61,056 nucleotides of DNA from a virus. The translations under genes and the position numbers were made by a program. The stretch covers positions 1 to 61,056 of the IMG/VR virus record IMGVR_UViG_3300012080_000001; one strand, given 5' to 3'. Position 1 is the stretch's first letter. Every line of letters starts with the position of its first letter. Shown piece by piece: positions 17,502-27,215 of the stretch. The notes under the pieces were generated by a model. The model saw nothing but the letters and a program-made list of their open reading frames with translations, was not told where the DNA came from and ran no database searches.

Positions 17502-17888
17502 TCACATTAAAAATTCTGATAATTTAGTTAAAAATGGAGTTACCACAGTTAAATGATCCGCAGTGTTTGAAATAAAATTTCTATACTTTTCTACAAAAGT
17601 AGTTTTACCTACAGATTTTTCCATATCGTTCACTAATTGTATTAAGTTTTGCTTCGCATCTGATTTATCAATTTGTTCCAATGCTATCCTTAATTCATTA
17701 AAAACATTATCTTCAGTTGAGATGATTCTCACATTAGCGGTTGAATTCTCTATTTCTCCCCCATCCATACTTCCTACTAAACCACCATTAGTAGCAGTAC
17801 CGTTACTAAAAATTGTCCCTTCAGCATGAGAGTTTACTATTTTACCTCCATTCATTTTCCCAACCAAACCACCGTTATTGGTTTTCAT
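17502..17888 (-). CDS. GLUG-motif-like hypothetical protein
   Basis: 128 aa; repeated NGGLVGxMxGGxIxNS units. Confidence 0.45.
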   Translation of the reverse strand: MKTNNGGLVGKMNGGKIVNSHAEGTIFSNGTATNGGLVGSMDGGEIENSTANVRIISTEDNVFNELRIALEQIDKSDAKQNLIQLVNDMEKSVGKTTFVEKYRNFISNTADHLTVVTPFLTKLSEFLM

Positions 17889-17990
17889 AGTCTATCACCA
17901 ATCCTTTCTTTCTATTAATATCTCATACGAAAGAGTATGGAAAAAGTTTCATATAAATAAAATAACGCTAGCTTATGCTGCGTTTAATTT

Positions 17991-18010
17991 GTTACTGAAC
18001 AATATGGGAC
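17991..18010. repeat. 20-bp direct repeat copy 2 (gttactgaacaatatgggac)
   Basis: See 17188..17207. Confidence 0.9.
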
Positions 18011-18012
18011 GA

Positions 18013-18171
18013 TTATGCCGTTAGTTGTGCGTCCATAAGCGTCAACAGTTGCGTATATTCGTCATCAGCCAACTGATCGTTAGCGTAAAATACATTGACC
18101 TTTTTAAGCATATCTTCACGCGCATAACGCTTACGTTCAATTAAAAACTCACATAATTGATAAACTGTCAT
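18013..18171 (-). CDS. XkdX-like small tail-region protein (52 aa)
   Basis: Hand-translated MTVYQLCEFLIERKRYAREDMLKKVNVFYANDQLADDEYTQLL...; the position after the fibre genes mirrors PBSX xkdX. Confidence 0.45.
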   Translation of the reverse strand: MTVYQLCEFLIERKRYAREDMLKKVNVFYANDQLADDEYTQLLTLMDAQLTA

Positions 18172-18183
18172 TTTAGTTTCCCC

Positions 18184-18453
18184 CTACAATCCTAGCTCAT
18201 TGCGAGCTATTAAGTATTCTGTATTAATAAGCGTTTGTGCTTGCATTTCTTCTAGCGTCGGTTGTGGTTCGACAGGATTAGGAACAACAGGTGCCGAAAA
18301 CTCATCAGTCACGGAATTGTATAAAAAACCTTCCTCAACCCCTTCACGACCTGATATATCTAAAAAATCTTCAACGTTAGGATATGGCGGTAATTCTTCT
18401 GCCTCGAAAATCCAGTATGCTTTATTGTCTACAATTTGAACAAATTTTTTCAT
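18184..18453 (-). CDS. XkdW-like hypothetical protein
   Basis: 89 aa; call rests on position. Confidence 0.4.
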   Translation of the reverse strand: MKKFVQIVDNKAYWIFEAEELPPYPNVEDFLDISGREGVEEGFLYNSVTDEFSAPVVPNPVEPQPTLEEMQAQTLINTEYLIARNELGL

Positions 18454-18467
18454 ACTTTATAGCTCCT

Positions 18468-19280
18468 TTAATACTCAATAATGATAATTCCATCTCCGCC
18501 CTTAGCTGAAGACCCTCCGTTCACACCACCACTACCAGCCCCTGGGGCAACAGTTGTTCTATCGCTGCCGTCTCCACCATCGCCGAAACCGGCACCGCCT
18601 CCATATGTTCTATCACCGTATATTCCTGGTAATCCAAAGCGATTTCCAGAAAGAGTATTCCCATCAGCATGCTGACCATCTAGTGTGGAATTATTAACTG
18701 CGTACGCGCTCATTGTGCCTTTATTGCATAAAGGACTATTGCCCTTAGCTCTAGTTGTAATAACACTGCCTGTGCCGTTACCGCCAGAACCACCGTTACA
18801 AGTGATACCGAATGCAGATGTTGCTCCTCCAGTTTTACCAGCAGTATATTTCTCACTACTAGCTACAGCACTTGGTCCCCCAGGGCCAACCACTAAGGAA
18901 TATGTTGTTCCGGGTGTAACTTTGATCGGTTTGTTATCAACATATGCTCCTCCTCCACCCCCTCCGCCGATTATAGGATATTCAATAACTGTAAACACAG
19001 CCCCACTACCACCGCCGCCAAACATTGTTAAGTTAATAACATTAACACCATCCGGGCATTTCCATGTATAAGTACCCGGCTTATCAAACAGAGCAATATT
19101 TCGTTTCATCTCTCCGTTTTGAATTTTTTGCATGAGTGAATCTTGTTTACTATTAACATTTTCTACACCTGTTTTTGTTACATCAGTAGTTATTTTGATA
19201 CTATCCACTACCGTTTTAATTGAATCAACAGCAGTTTTTATCAATGTCTGTACTTCAAAACTTGGTAAATTAAAAGGCAT
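18468..19280 (-). CDS. Glycine-rich tail fibre / receptor-binding protein
   Basis: 270 aa with GGGGSG and GGGGGGAY tracts, downstream of the fibre base. Confidence 0.55.
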   Translation of the reverse strand: MPFNLPSFEVQTLIKTAVDSIKTVVDSIKITTDVTKTGVENVNSKQDSLMQKIQNGEMKRNIALFDKPGTYTWKCPDGVNVINLTMFGGGGSGAVFTVIEYPIIGGGGGGGAYVDNKPIKVTPGTTYSLVVGPGGPSAVASSEKYTAGKTGGATSAFGITCNGGSGGNGTGSVITTRAKGNSPLCNKGTMSAYAVNNSTLDGQHADGNTLSGNRFGLPGIYGDRTYGGGAGFGDGGDGSDRTTVAPGAGSGGVNGGSSAKGGDGIIIIEY

Positions 19281-19927
19281 TATTCAATCACCTCCACATA
19301 ATCCATAGTCGGACAATTTAATTTTGTATTCCAACCAAGATTTACTTGATATTTTTTATTTCCTTCAATGAATTGATTGTGTTGAGCCATTTCTTCCAAA
19401 TGTTCAGTAACTTGCGTCTGTAATCCGCTAACAACTTGTGAGGTATTCCCTACTACACTAGCTACTTTATCGTCTACATACTTCCGACTTGCTACGATAA
19501 CGTTTGGATCAATTTTTAAGGTCACACTACTCGCATTACTCACTTCGATAATCGTACGTAACGCTAAGTCCATTGTTGAGCCGTCACTCGCAATGGGTTT
19601 ATATGTGTCAGGATAGTTTCCTATAGCGATAATGTCGCCTAGTGCATCGTATAGCGCTACCTCACGTAAAGTGAATCCGCCTATAGATGACGGTAATATC
19701 GCCTCTACAACAATCCAATTCGGATTTTGACTATCAATCTCTATACTTGCAACACCTCCACGCCACTTTTCGTTTTTTAACGTATTTTCATTGCCTGTAG
19801 GCTGGTAGCCAATTCCACTCGCGTCACCGACTGCTACTTGCGTAATTTCTAATTTACTGTTCGTTAATTGTGCGTTAGTAACTTTCGCTAGACCTGTCGG
19901 TGTCAAAAGTGTGTAATAACTCGCCAT
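19280..19927 (-). CDS. Tail fibre protein with a tail-collar-type N-terminal domain
   Basis: N-terminus YYTLLTPTGLAKVTNAQL...ITQVAVGD resembles P2 gpH-type fibre N-termini. Confidence 0.55.
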   Translation of the reverse strand: MASYYTLLTPTGLAKVTNAQLTNSKLEITQVAVGDASGIGYQPTGNENTLKNEKWRGGVASIEIDSQNPNWIVVEAILPSSIGGFTLREVALYDALGDIIAIGNYPDTYKPIASDGSTMDLALRTIIEVSNASSVTLKIDPNVIVASRKYVDDKVASVVGNTSQVVSGLQTQVTEHLEEMAQHNQFIEGNKKYQVNLGWNTKLNCPTMDYVEVIE

Positions 19928-20557
19928 TTAAACGACCCCTTTCGGATATATTGTTGTTATTTGTGAATTTATCGTAGCCCCACCATTACTGACTTGGGTT
20001 TGTTGGGTCACTAATTTCGTTTGATATGGGTACACATTGATGCTAATTCCTGTCGACGTTAGCGCCCCCGTGTAAACACTCGTATGAGATGCCGTTGCGA
20101 ATTTATAGGCTAAGTGAGCTGGGATATAGACTGCTATATCTTTCGCAAGACCCTCTAAATCAAACGGAGAGTTAGCGTTAATTTCAAAAAGCACTGTTCC
20201 AGGTTCGGGCAATTCGATAATTCGAGAATCTTTACTTGTGGTATGCGTATTAATAATCGCGAGCATATTCGCAACAGTTGCCGGAGCAGCGCCTCGCAAT
20301 TTAGCAAGAATACGTGAGCGTCGTATCTCCGCCGTACTATTCGGACGTGGCGGTAATTCTAATACACGCTCCCAATCCGATAACCCCCACGTAGCAGTAG
20401 TCGCAGTTAATTGCGTAAGTAAGTCAAGAGCTTCCGTTCGTACTCGCTCAATCTCGACTGCATCTGCGTATAGCAATCCATCTACTTCCGGCGAATCATC
20501 GTAAAACCTCGGCAACATCTGCACTAATTCGCGATGCCTATAATCAACTTGCGTCAT
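19928..20557 (-). CDS. Baseplate protein (XkdU/gpI-like)
   Basis: Position directly after baseplate J; 209 aa. Confidence 0.5.
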   Translation of the reverse strand: MTQVDYRHRELVQMLPRFYDDSPEVDGLLYADAVEIERVRTEALDLLTQLTATTATWGLSDWERVLELPPRPNSTAEIRRSRILAKLRGAAPATVANMLAIINTHTTSKDSRIIELPEPGTVLFEINANSPFDLEGLAKDIAVYIPAHLAYKFATASHTSVYTGALTSTGISINVYPYQTKLVTQQTQVSNGGATINSQITTIYPKGVV

Positions 20558-21603
20558 GTCAGCGTCACCTCACCGACAATAGCGACCTGTTCAGCGGATA
20601 GTTGAACGTTGCTTGTTGCGCCATTGACTGTTAAGTTTTCGTAATCAAGTACGCCAGCAACGTCAAGAATCGCTTCACCGATGCGGACTAAACGGATAAT
20701 TCCACTATCAGCTTCTGACAATAAATAAGCATTAATTGACTTGGTAATTGCGTCTTGAACGTCGGCAATTGCTAAGTCGCCATCTAGCGTTAATGTTGCA
20801 TTAATAGCAAGCGCAACTTCTTTGATAGGTAATACTGTAACAATGGCGCCTATTGGACGTTCTTTCTCGATATAAGCGATTGCTTCGTCAACAATAGGTT
20901 GATCTGGTGCGCCTCCGTCTTTAGCGATTAATACGACTTTCACTGTATTTGGTCCGTTCCAAGTCGGAAACACTTTCGCAGTAGCAACGCCTTCCACTTC
21001 TGTCGCCCATAGTCGGTAGTGATTCGCATTGCCGGATGTAATAGGCTTACGCGCTTTGAACAGTGCTCGCTCACGGAGGCTATCGTCTGTCTCTGCGTCA
21101 ACTCCTCCGACAAATATATCGTTATTAGTAACCGAATCTATTCCGACTAGATTACGTTCATGGTCGCTAAGCTCGCCAATTCCGATATTGCTGGATTCGC
21201 CTGCAATTAAGGAAGTTACTGCGATTTTAGCGATGCCATTAGATATAGATACCGCATTGTCTGCGCTAAATTCTATGCCCGACGCAGAAATGAATCGATA
21301 ACCTTTCGGAATTACAACGCCGTTCGTTCCGGTAATGTCAGCGAATCCAACGGCATTGATCGCAGGCTTACGTTCTAATCCAAGTTCATGCGCATGATAG
21401 TCGAGCGCTTCATCTACGGCAGTATCTAAGAATCCTTGCAGATATACCGCCTCTAGCTCCCATCCGAGCATCTCGATTTCATGTGCAGGTGGAGCAAGCA
21501 TATCGTGAGCAACGGAGCCTTGCCGTTTATCGATGTCGTCCCTAGCATTAGCGAGCATGTCCGCTAATATATCATCTGCTGTGCGGTTATTAAATTTTCC
21601 CAC
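20554..21603 (-). CDS. Baseplate J-like protein (XkdT)
   Basis: 349 aa; size, position and sequence character of the Baseplate_J family. Confidence 0.7.
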   Translation of the reverse strand: MGKFNNRTADDILADMLANARDDIDKRQGSVAHDMLAPPAHEIEMLGWELEAVYLQGFLDTAVDEALDYHAHELGLERKPAINAVGFADITGTNGVVIPKGYRFISASGIEFSADNAVSISNGIAKIAVTSLIAGESSNIGIGELSDHERNLVGIDSVTNNDIFVGGVDAETDDSLRERALFKARKPITSGNANHYRLWATEVEGVATAKVFPTWNGPNTVKVVLIAKDGGAPDQPIVDEAIAYIEKERPIGAIVTVLPIKEVALAINATLTLDGDLAIADVQDAITKSINAYLLSEADSGIIRLVRIGEAILDVAGVLDYENLTVNGATSNVQLSAEQVAIVGEVTLT

Positions 21604-22025
21604 TAAATCGTCACCTCCGTTTCTACTTCTCCGTATATTGAATCTACATTTACGACAATAAAAATAGCGTCACCGTTTCGGGTAACACTAACGTCTGTGA
21701 CCGATAAAATTCGGTCATCATATTCGATTGCTTCTCGTACCATTCGTGGTATTTCTGCGTCAATAAATGCGTCTGTAACATCTTGCCCAAGCAATTCCCA
21801 CAGTTCGCAACCGTAATAGTCGTTGTAGATTCGATAGTATGAGCGCCGAGTTAAAATTGCTTTCGTAATGTACTGCTTTAACGCTTCTTTCCTATCTGTC
21901 ATATTTCCGACACGATACTGATTGAAGTCGATACGAAACGTCTTGCTCGGCTCGTCCGGCGCATTTAATTCAGCCTCAAGAAATGTGTCGAGTACTTCTG
22001 TATCGTTTTCCGGCGTCAGTGCCAT
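21603..22025 (-). CDS. Baseplate wedge protein (gp25/gpW-like, XkdS)
   Basis: Start at ATG 22025 (GAGGTGG SD; TAATG overlap with the upstream stop). Confidence 0.55.
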   Translation of the reverse strand: MALTPENDTEVLDTFLEAELNAPDEPSKTFRIDFNQYRVGNMTDRKEALKQYITKAILTRRSYYRIYNDYYGCELWELLGQDVTDAFIDAEIPRMVREAIEYDDRILSVTDVSVTRNGDAIFIVVNVDSIYGEVETEVTI

Positions 22026-22444
22026 TAATACCACCTCGCTCTATCTAAAATAATATACGTCATATCAACATCAAGACAGGCGACTAATACACGGTCGCCC
22101 ACCTTCAAGACGTCCTCAAAAGTCATCTTAATGTAACTATGCGTATATGGCGTCATTGTTGGAGTGGACGTGTTCGCAACAACTTTATCGCCTAAATCTC
22201 GTTGTTCTGATTCAACATGTTCTATCGAAACTATTCGTTCATGTCGTGTTAAGTGTTCAGAAACTACTAAAACGTCTTTATCAAGTACAAGTCCGTCCGC
22301 ATCGAGTTTAATTTCGAGATTTGGAGCTGCTGACGTTACTGTCGCTATTTCGATTTTTGCTGCGCGATCGGCCGCGTTTGTTCCTTCGGTAAATAGCGCG
22401 TTAAGTTTGGAGAATGCGTCGCCTTCTAACGGTAATTGCGTCAT
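22025..22444 (-). CDS. XkdR-like baseplate/spike-associated protein
   Basis: 139 aa; call rests on position. Confidence 0.45.
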   Translation of the reverse strand: MTQLPLEGDAFSKLNALFTEGTNAADRAAKIEIATVTSAAPNLEIKLDADGLVLDKDVLVVSEHLTRHERIVSIEHVESEQRDLGDKVVANTSTPTMTPYTHSYIKMTFEDVLKVGDRVLVACLDVDMTYIILDRARWY

Positions 22445-23442
22445 GATTTATCAGCTTCCATTTGTGGCACGTCTATTGTACGAGATAATTTTAATGACAT
22501 CATATGTGTTCCATCTGCATTAAACGTATGTGTATCGGAAGCTACGTAAAATGCGCCTTGTATGCCTGTCATTGCCTCCTTAACGGCAATGGACATACCA
22601 CTAACCACATCGTTATCTCCAAGTGCTTCTACGTCAAATTCTCGTTTAGGTTGCGACAACTCTTTTAACAACTGATTGGCTAACGTTGTTAAATTTCCCG
22701 ACTTCTTTACGTCACTCATATGCTCATAGTGTTGCAATGTACCGTAGCTTTTTTGACTACCTTTATCGTCAACTCGGACTGCAATTGGTTTCTTTTCATC
22801 TCCACCAGTCAATTTAACTGCATTACGTAAATCTTCGATGTCCTCAGCGTACGATGCAGACGTGAGATTCCGAGCATTTTCTATGATAGTAAGTCTTTTC
22901 GGGTCCTTAACATTTACTAAGTTTAATTTACCTTCGACGTTAACAAGCCGATATTTTCTTCCTGTAGCTTTGTAAGTAGTAGTTAGCGCAATGGTCGCTA
23001 TATCAAATAACGATTTACCCCTTGCTACATGCGACTTTATCACGTAGCCTGTATTTTCGATATTACTCGTTTTAATTCCGTACTTACTGCACAACTCTTT
23101 TATAATGGAAGAAGCTGTTTTATTTTTGTATACAACTGTATCAGCGTTTTTTACAAGATAAATGTTATAGTCATACGCTTTCAACTTTTGCTTGCCGTCA
23201 GTTCCGATACTTTGCGAAAACAACACGCCTCTGAATACTTCACGATTTTCGTACAATACACGCAATTCTTTACCTAACGTAAAATCAAGTATTCTATTCC
23301 GGAGAGTATTAGCGTTTATAAGGTTCACTTCGCAAGTACGGAAGCATGTCCCGATGTCTCCGTTAACGGTAACTGATTCGATACGACCGTCTAAATTAGA
23401 CATAATACCTTGTGTATAAGTTATTACCCTTAAACTACTCAT
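22441..23442 (-). CDS. XkdQ-like baseplate hub protein
   Basis: 333 aa; lies between the LysM protein and the baseplate genes. Confidence 0.5.
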   Translation of the reverse strand: MSSLRVITYTQGIMSNLDGRIESVTVNGDIGTCFRTCEVNLINANTLRNRILDFTLGKELRVLYENREVFRGVLFSQSIGTDGKQKLKAYDYNIYLVKNADTVVYKNKTASSIIKELCSKYGIKTSNIENTGYVIKSHVARGKSLFDIATIALTTTYKATGRKYRLVNVEGKLNLVNVKDPKRLTIIENARNLTSASYAEDIEDLRNAVKLTGGDEKKPIAVRVDDKGSQKSYGTLQHYEHMSDVKKSGNLTTLANQLLKELSQPKREFDVEALGDNDVVSGMSIAVKEAMTGIQGAFYVASDTHTFNADGTHMMSLKLSRTIDVPQMEADKS

Positions 23443-24101
23443 GCAGGAATCACCAACTTTTGCCCAGCCTTAATGACGTTCGGATTAGCCCCAATGACTT
23501 TCTTATTTGCTTCGTATACTTTACGCCAATTCTTACCGAATACTTTTGACAATGAATCACCTGACTTAATCGTATATGTTTTATTAGATTTATTATCCTT
23601 ATTCAACTTTTCAGGACGTGTTGAAGACTTCTGCTCCGATTTAGACATTGCTTTCGCAGTAGCTAAATCAACGCTGTCACGCGCCTTTTGCCACTGATAT
23701 TCCTTCAATGTTAGTGTGTAATAAATATCGCCCATCTCGCCACCACGCTCGTATTCAAGAGTAAAATCACGAATAGTCACCGGAAAATTAATGCTCGTGC
23801 CTGTTACGATTAAGCGAATAGGACGCTTTTTATCACGCCATTCTTCGAGCTTCTTAACGTAAACTGGTGCTTTCGATATGTTAACAAATTCGCAATATGA
23901 CGAATGATAGCTTGCAGGAAAGAACGAACTAAAAGTAAATTCTTTTAGTCCGCGCTCTCCGAAAATACTGAACTCTCCAATATGCGTTACACTTACGTCA
24001 GTAATTCCGAAAGGAGACGTAACACTTATGCCGTTAGGATTGACAGGCAAGCGCATACGCTCCGCATTATTGTTGTATGATAACCAAAACTCTACACTCA
24101 C
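23439..24101 (-). CDS. LysM-domain tail protein (XkdP-like)
   Basis: C-terminal LysM YTIKSGDSLSKVFGKNWRKVYEANKKVIGANPNVIKAGQKLVIP; GTG start. Confidence 0.7.
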   Translation of the reverse strand: MSVEFWLSYNNNAERMRLPVNPNGISVTSPFGITDVSVTHIGEFSIFGERGLKEFTFSSFFPASYHSSYCEFVNISKAPVYVKKLEEWRDKKRPIRLIVTGTSINFPVTIRDFTLEYERGGEMGDIYYTLTLKEYQWQKARDSVDLATAKAMSKSEQKSSTRPEKLNKDNKSNKTYTIKSGDSLSKVFGKNWRKVYEANKKVIGANPNVIKAGQKLVIPA

Positions 24102-24105
24102 TTAA

Positions 24106-24303
24106 TCACCCACGTTTCTCTAAGACTTTAACTACAAGTGCCTCTGCAATCCGGTAAATGTCAGCTTCTTCACGTACTACGATGCTATCTGCAAGTTTTG
24201 CGATAGAAATTGCGCCGCTAGATGAACCGCCGCCATTTTGCGAGTAGTGTCTGTTCTCACTCGCAGTTAAAACGCGCTCTCCTTTGTGTAATCGTGCCGA
24301 ATA
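24106..24303 (-). CDS. Tail tape measure protein, exon 2 (65 aa C-terminus)
   Basis: Start-less frame YSARLHKGERVLTASENRHYSQNGGGSSSGAISIAKLADSIVVREEADIYRIAEALVVKVLEKRG* continues the conserved TMP C-terminal motif PYDGY..LHKGERVLT. Confidence 0.75.
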   Translation of the reverse strand, partial: YSARLHKGERVLTASENRHYSQNGGGSSSGAISIAKLADSIVVREEADIYRIAEALVVKVLEKRG

Positions 24304-24553
24304 CAGTATGTTATCGTAAAGGCTTTTTATCCTCTACTTCTTACGGTTTCCCGCAAGCTCGGCGTACATTTTCACCTAAACGGTGTCGGACACTCTTGGA
24401 AGGATTATCGCTCTCATAACGCTCACCTTCTACGCTCTACGGTGGCGAGTGATGTACTCGCTTACCTCGGTGTTAACATAGTCTAAACCTTAGTCTTCAC
24501 CGATTTTGCCCGATTTTCATTGACGAATTTCTCCGTCAAGCGGCTATACAATA
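24304..24553 (-). ncRNA. 250-nt ORF-less intervening sequence in the tape measure gene; group-I-like intron candidate
   Basis: 5' junction follows U (GACGGU|UAUUG) and the last nt is G (ACUG|UAUUC). IGS GCCG pairs with exon CGGU, and AUA pairs with 3' exon UAU (P10). A Q-like AAUCCUUCCAAG pairs with GAAGG, and a 7-bp GAAA-tetraloop hairpin is present. Confidence 0.6.
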
Positions 24554-26566
24554 ACCGTCATATGGCACAGAATCTAAACCGCTGTAATGCGATTTCTTAC
24601 CACCTTTTTCTCCGCCAAGCATATTCCCAACGAACGACACAGTCGAATTGATTCCGCTAGATAGCCAGTCCGGCATTTTAACGGTGCTTATAAATCCAAC
24701 AAAGTCTTTAATGTTTTCGTACACAGTCGAAATCCATCCGCTCAACTTCTCGAACCATCCTTGCACGCCTGATAATGCGCTAGAAAGAATATCGAACGCA
24801 CCTTTAACGCCAGTTAGGATAAATTCGACTAGCGGACCTAACGCATTGTCCCATAACCACTTGATTACCTTAGTTAGTAACTCGAATCCCTTTGCGATAG
24901 CGTTAATAATTGGTTGAGCAATCGTCCATAAAGTCGAGAATAGTTGCGCAACAAACGAAAGCGCCGGAGCAAAGACGTTGTTAAAGACTATCACCGCAAC
25001 ATCTCCGAGAATTTGCAGTAGGTTCCAAAGTCCGCTTAAATACGGCTGAACGACCGTCCAAAGATTTGAAATGATACCGGAAATTGTCGTAACTATTGAC
25101 GTAAATGCCTCTTTCAGTCGCCCGAACACCGAGGAGAATTGTGTTACTTTTTCGGTGACAAATGCTTTAACTTCTTCTAATTTCGCTATAAGCTTATCGA
25201 ATGTTCCTTCTCCGAATATTTTATTAAATAATCCGCCAACTCCACCTGTTTTAAATGCTGACATCATACCGGATATTTTCGACTTAATTCCGTCAACTAC
25301 TACGTTCACTTTTTTAGCGATGTTTGGTGGTAAAATAGCATCAATTAATCCGCTAGTCCCGCCTGTTTTAAATGCGTCAACCAACGACTTGACTTTTCCG
25401 ACAATACTGCCGATAATACCTCGGAACGTTTCGCTATTGTCATAGAGCGCTTTTATTCCGACTGCTACTGCGGCAATTCCTGCTGCGATTAGTGCGACTG
25501 GATTCACAAGTGCTGCGATGACACCAACGACCGCAAATGCGCCTAAAGCTACGGTGATTGCTCCTGCTACATATGCGATAGGCTCTTTCCACTTCCAAAT
25601 GAATTTACCAAAGGCTATTGCTTTGTCTACGATGCTTGCGAGTTTTTCGTCTAACTTCGCAGCAATTCCGTCTAAATCTGCGTTATCGAATGCATCAACA
25701 ATTTTCCCTAGCGTGTCACCGAGTTTTGAGTTACCCATTCTGCCCACTTGACGAAGAAACTTCTCGACACGTTCGCCTATCTGCGACCAATATCCGAGAG
25801 TTGTCGAACCCATAGCCTCTACTGTTTTTTGTGTAATTCCCATACCGTCAAGTAGCTTAGTGATTTCTGCTATTTGTTGTGGAATTGCAAGTTTCTTGAT
25901 ACGGTTCAAATCCTTTTTACTCAATCCAAATCGCTCAACCATTGAAAGTGAATCTCCTTGCCACATCTCCTTTAAAGCGAATGTTGCTCCGTCAGTTCCT
26001 TGCGTCGGATCAAGCACCATTAATTTTTCGATAATTGACCACGCTTTCCCAAGTTCGTCAACGTTTTTAGTCATCGCTACTAATCCTTTTGAAGATGCTA
26101 ACATCTCGGTGGAGTTGAGTAACGGACTATCTATCGCCATCTTATCGACTAACTTTAGATATGCGTCTGATTTAGCGGCGTCATTAAATATTGCTTTAAC
26201 TGCGACATCTGATTGTTGATATCTAGCTGCAGCACCAATTGTTGCGTCGAACGCTTTAGCTGCGCCTTGAGCAGTTAGATAGGCGCCAGCAAGTCCTATA
26301 AGCGTGCTTTGCATTCCACCTAACGACGCACTAAGTCCGCTAGAGCTTACATGTAACCGGCTAACTCTCGCAGCGAATCCGCCCATACGATTTGAAGTCA
26401 TTGAAACTGCGTTACCTAGACGATTTGTCGCTGTTTGTGCGGCTGTCATACTTTGACTAGTTGTTCGGCTTGTTCGATTCATTCTATCCATCATTTGCGT
26501 GATTTGTCGTAGTCTTGAGGTGCCTTGGTCGCGAACACGAAATATTGCGGTTAAATTTACGGCCAT
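24554..26566 (-). CDS. Tail tape measure protein, exon 1 (671 aa)
   Basis: Long helical/TM-rich ORF between the chaperone and baseplate genes. As annotated, the ORF runs 5 codons into the intron and stops. Confidence 0.85.
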
Positions 26567-26752
26567 CTATTTTCCTCCTTTCTGACGTTCTCTTTCCGCC
26601 TTTTCTTCTTCCTCAATAACGAGCATTTCTGACGCGTAGATGAAATTTCTATGTCGTCGTTCCAATACGTAAATCTCATGAGGATACTTGTGTTTGTCTT
26701 GCCATATGCGGTGCAGCAAGTAAGCCTCGCCGCCCGCCAGAATTAGTTTTTT
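26567..26752 (-). CDS. -1 frameshift extension of the tail assembly chaperone (G/GT-type)
   Basis: Slippery heptamer A_AAA_AAC at 26746..26752 just before the 0-frame stop. The -1 frame is open for 62 codons (LILAGGEAYLLHRIWQDKHKYPHEIY...) and ends at TAG abutting the TMP ATG. Confidence 0.65.
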   Translation of the reverse strand, partial: KKLILAGGEAYLLHRIWQDKHKYPHEIYVLERRHRNFIYASEMLVIEEEEKAERERQKGGK

Positions 26753-27138
26753 ACTTCTTCGATTTCTTCCTCGTCGTCAAATCCGGACAGCTTCATAACA
26801 GCTTCTTGTAAAGATACAATTTCACCAAATAACAAAGCTTTTTGCACACACTCTCCTGCGTCCGTTGCGCCAAAATGTTCAAGTAAACTCGGATCAGCAA
26901 AGTTAGGGTCTATTACTGATTTAGCGATAATTAAGCGAGCAACCTCTTCTTCGTTTACCTTTAACTCTGATTTTTTGCCGTTTTTAACTATCTGAGTAGC
27001 TTGATCACGAATTTTATCGAGGTCGTCACCTGTGAGTGCCTTAATTGTAAAATCTCCTCCTAGTCGCTTAATTGAAATAGTGTCAGTAATTTCTACTGTT
27101 GGTTTTGAGCCTAATAGCGCTTGTAATATGTTTGTCAA
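26743..27138 (-). CDS. Tail assembly chaperone (XkdN-like)
   Basis: 131 aa, acidic C-terminus, between tube and TMP. Confidence 0.65.
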   Translation of the reverse strand: MTNILQALLGSKPTVEITDTISIKRLGGDFTIKALTGDDLDKIRDQATQIVKNGKKSELKVNEEEVARLIIAKSVIDPNFADPSLLEHFGATDAGECVQKALLFGEIVSLQEAVMKLSGFDDEEEIEEVKN

Positions 27139-27215
27139 AAATAAAACCTCCGTTGAGTTAGTTTTTCAAATTAAAAAAAGACGCTAAGTACCGAAGCTCT
27201 TGCGTCATATTTGTG

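Noticed and set aside
18481-19071. Proline-rich plus-strand ORFs (64 and 128 aa)
   Set aside because: They are the antisense reading of the glycine-rich (GGN) fibre gene, because GGN codons read as NCC on the other strand. This is a compositional artefact.
24222-24419. 65-aa plus-strand ORF overlapping TMP exon 2 and the intron
   Set aside because: It is antisense to a clearly coding exon and to structured RNA, and it has no ribosome-binding site.
27173-27206. Hairpin plus T7 run after the tail tube gene (possible internal terminator)
   Set aside because: Only a 5-bp GC stem with a 17-nt loop is present. A full terminator between tube and chaperone would block TMP and baseplate expression. 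At most it is a weak attenuator, so it is not called.
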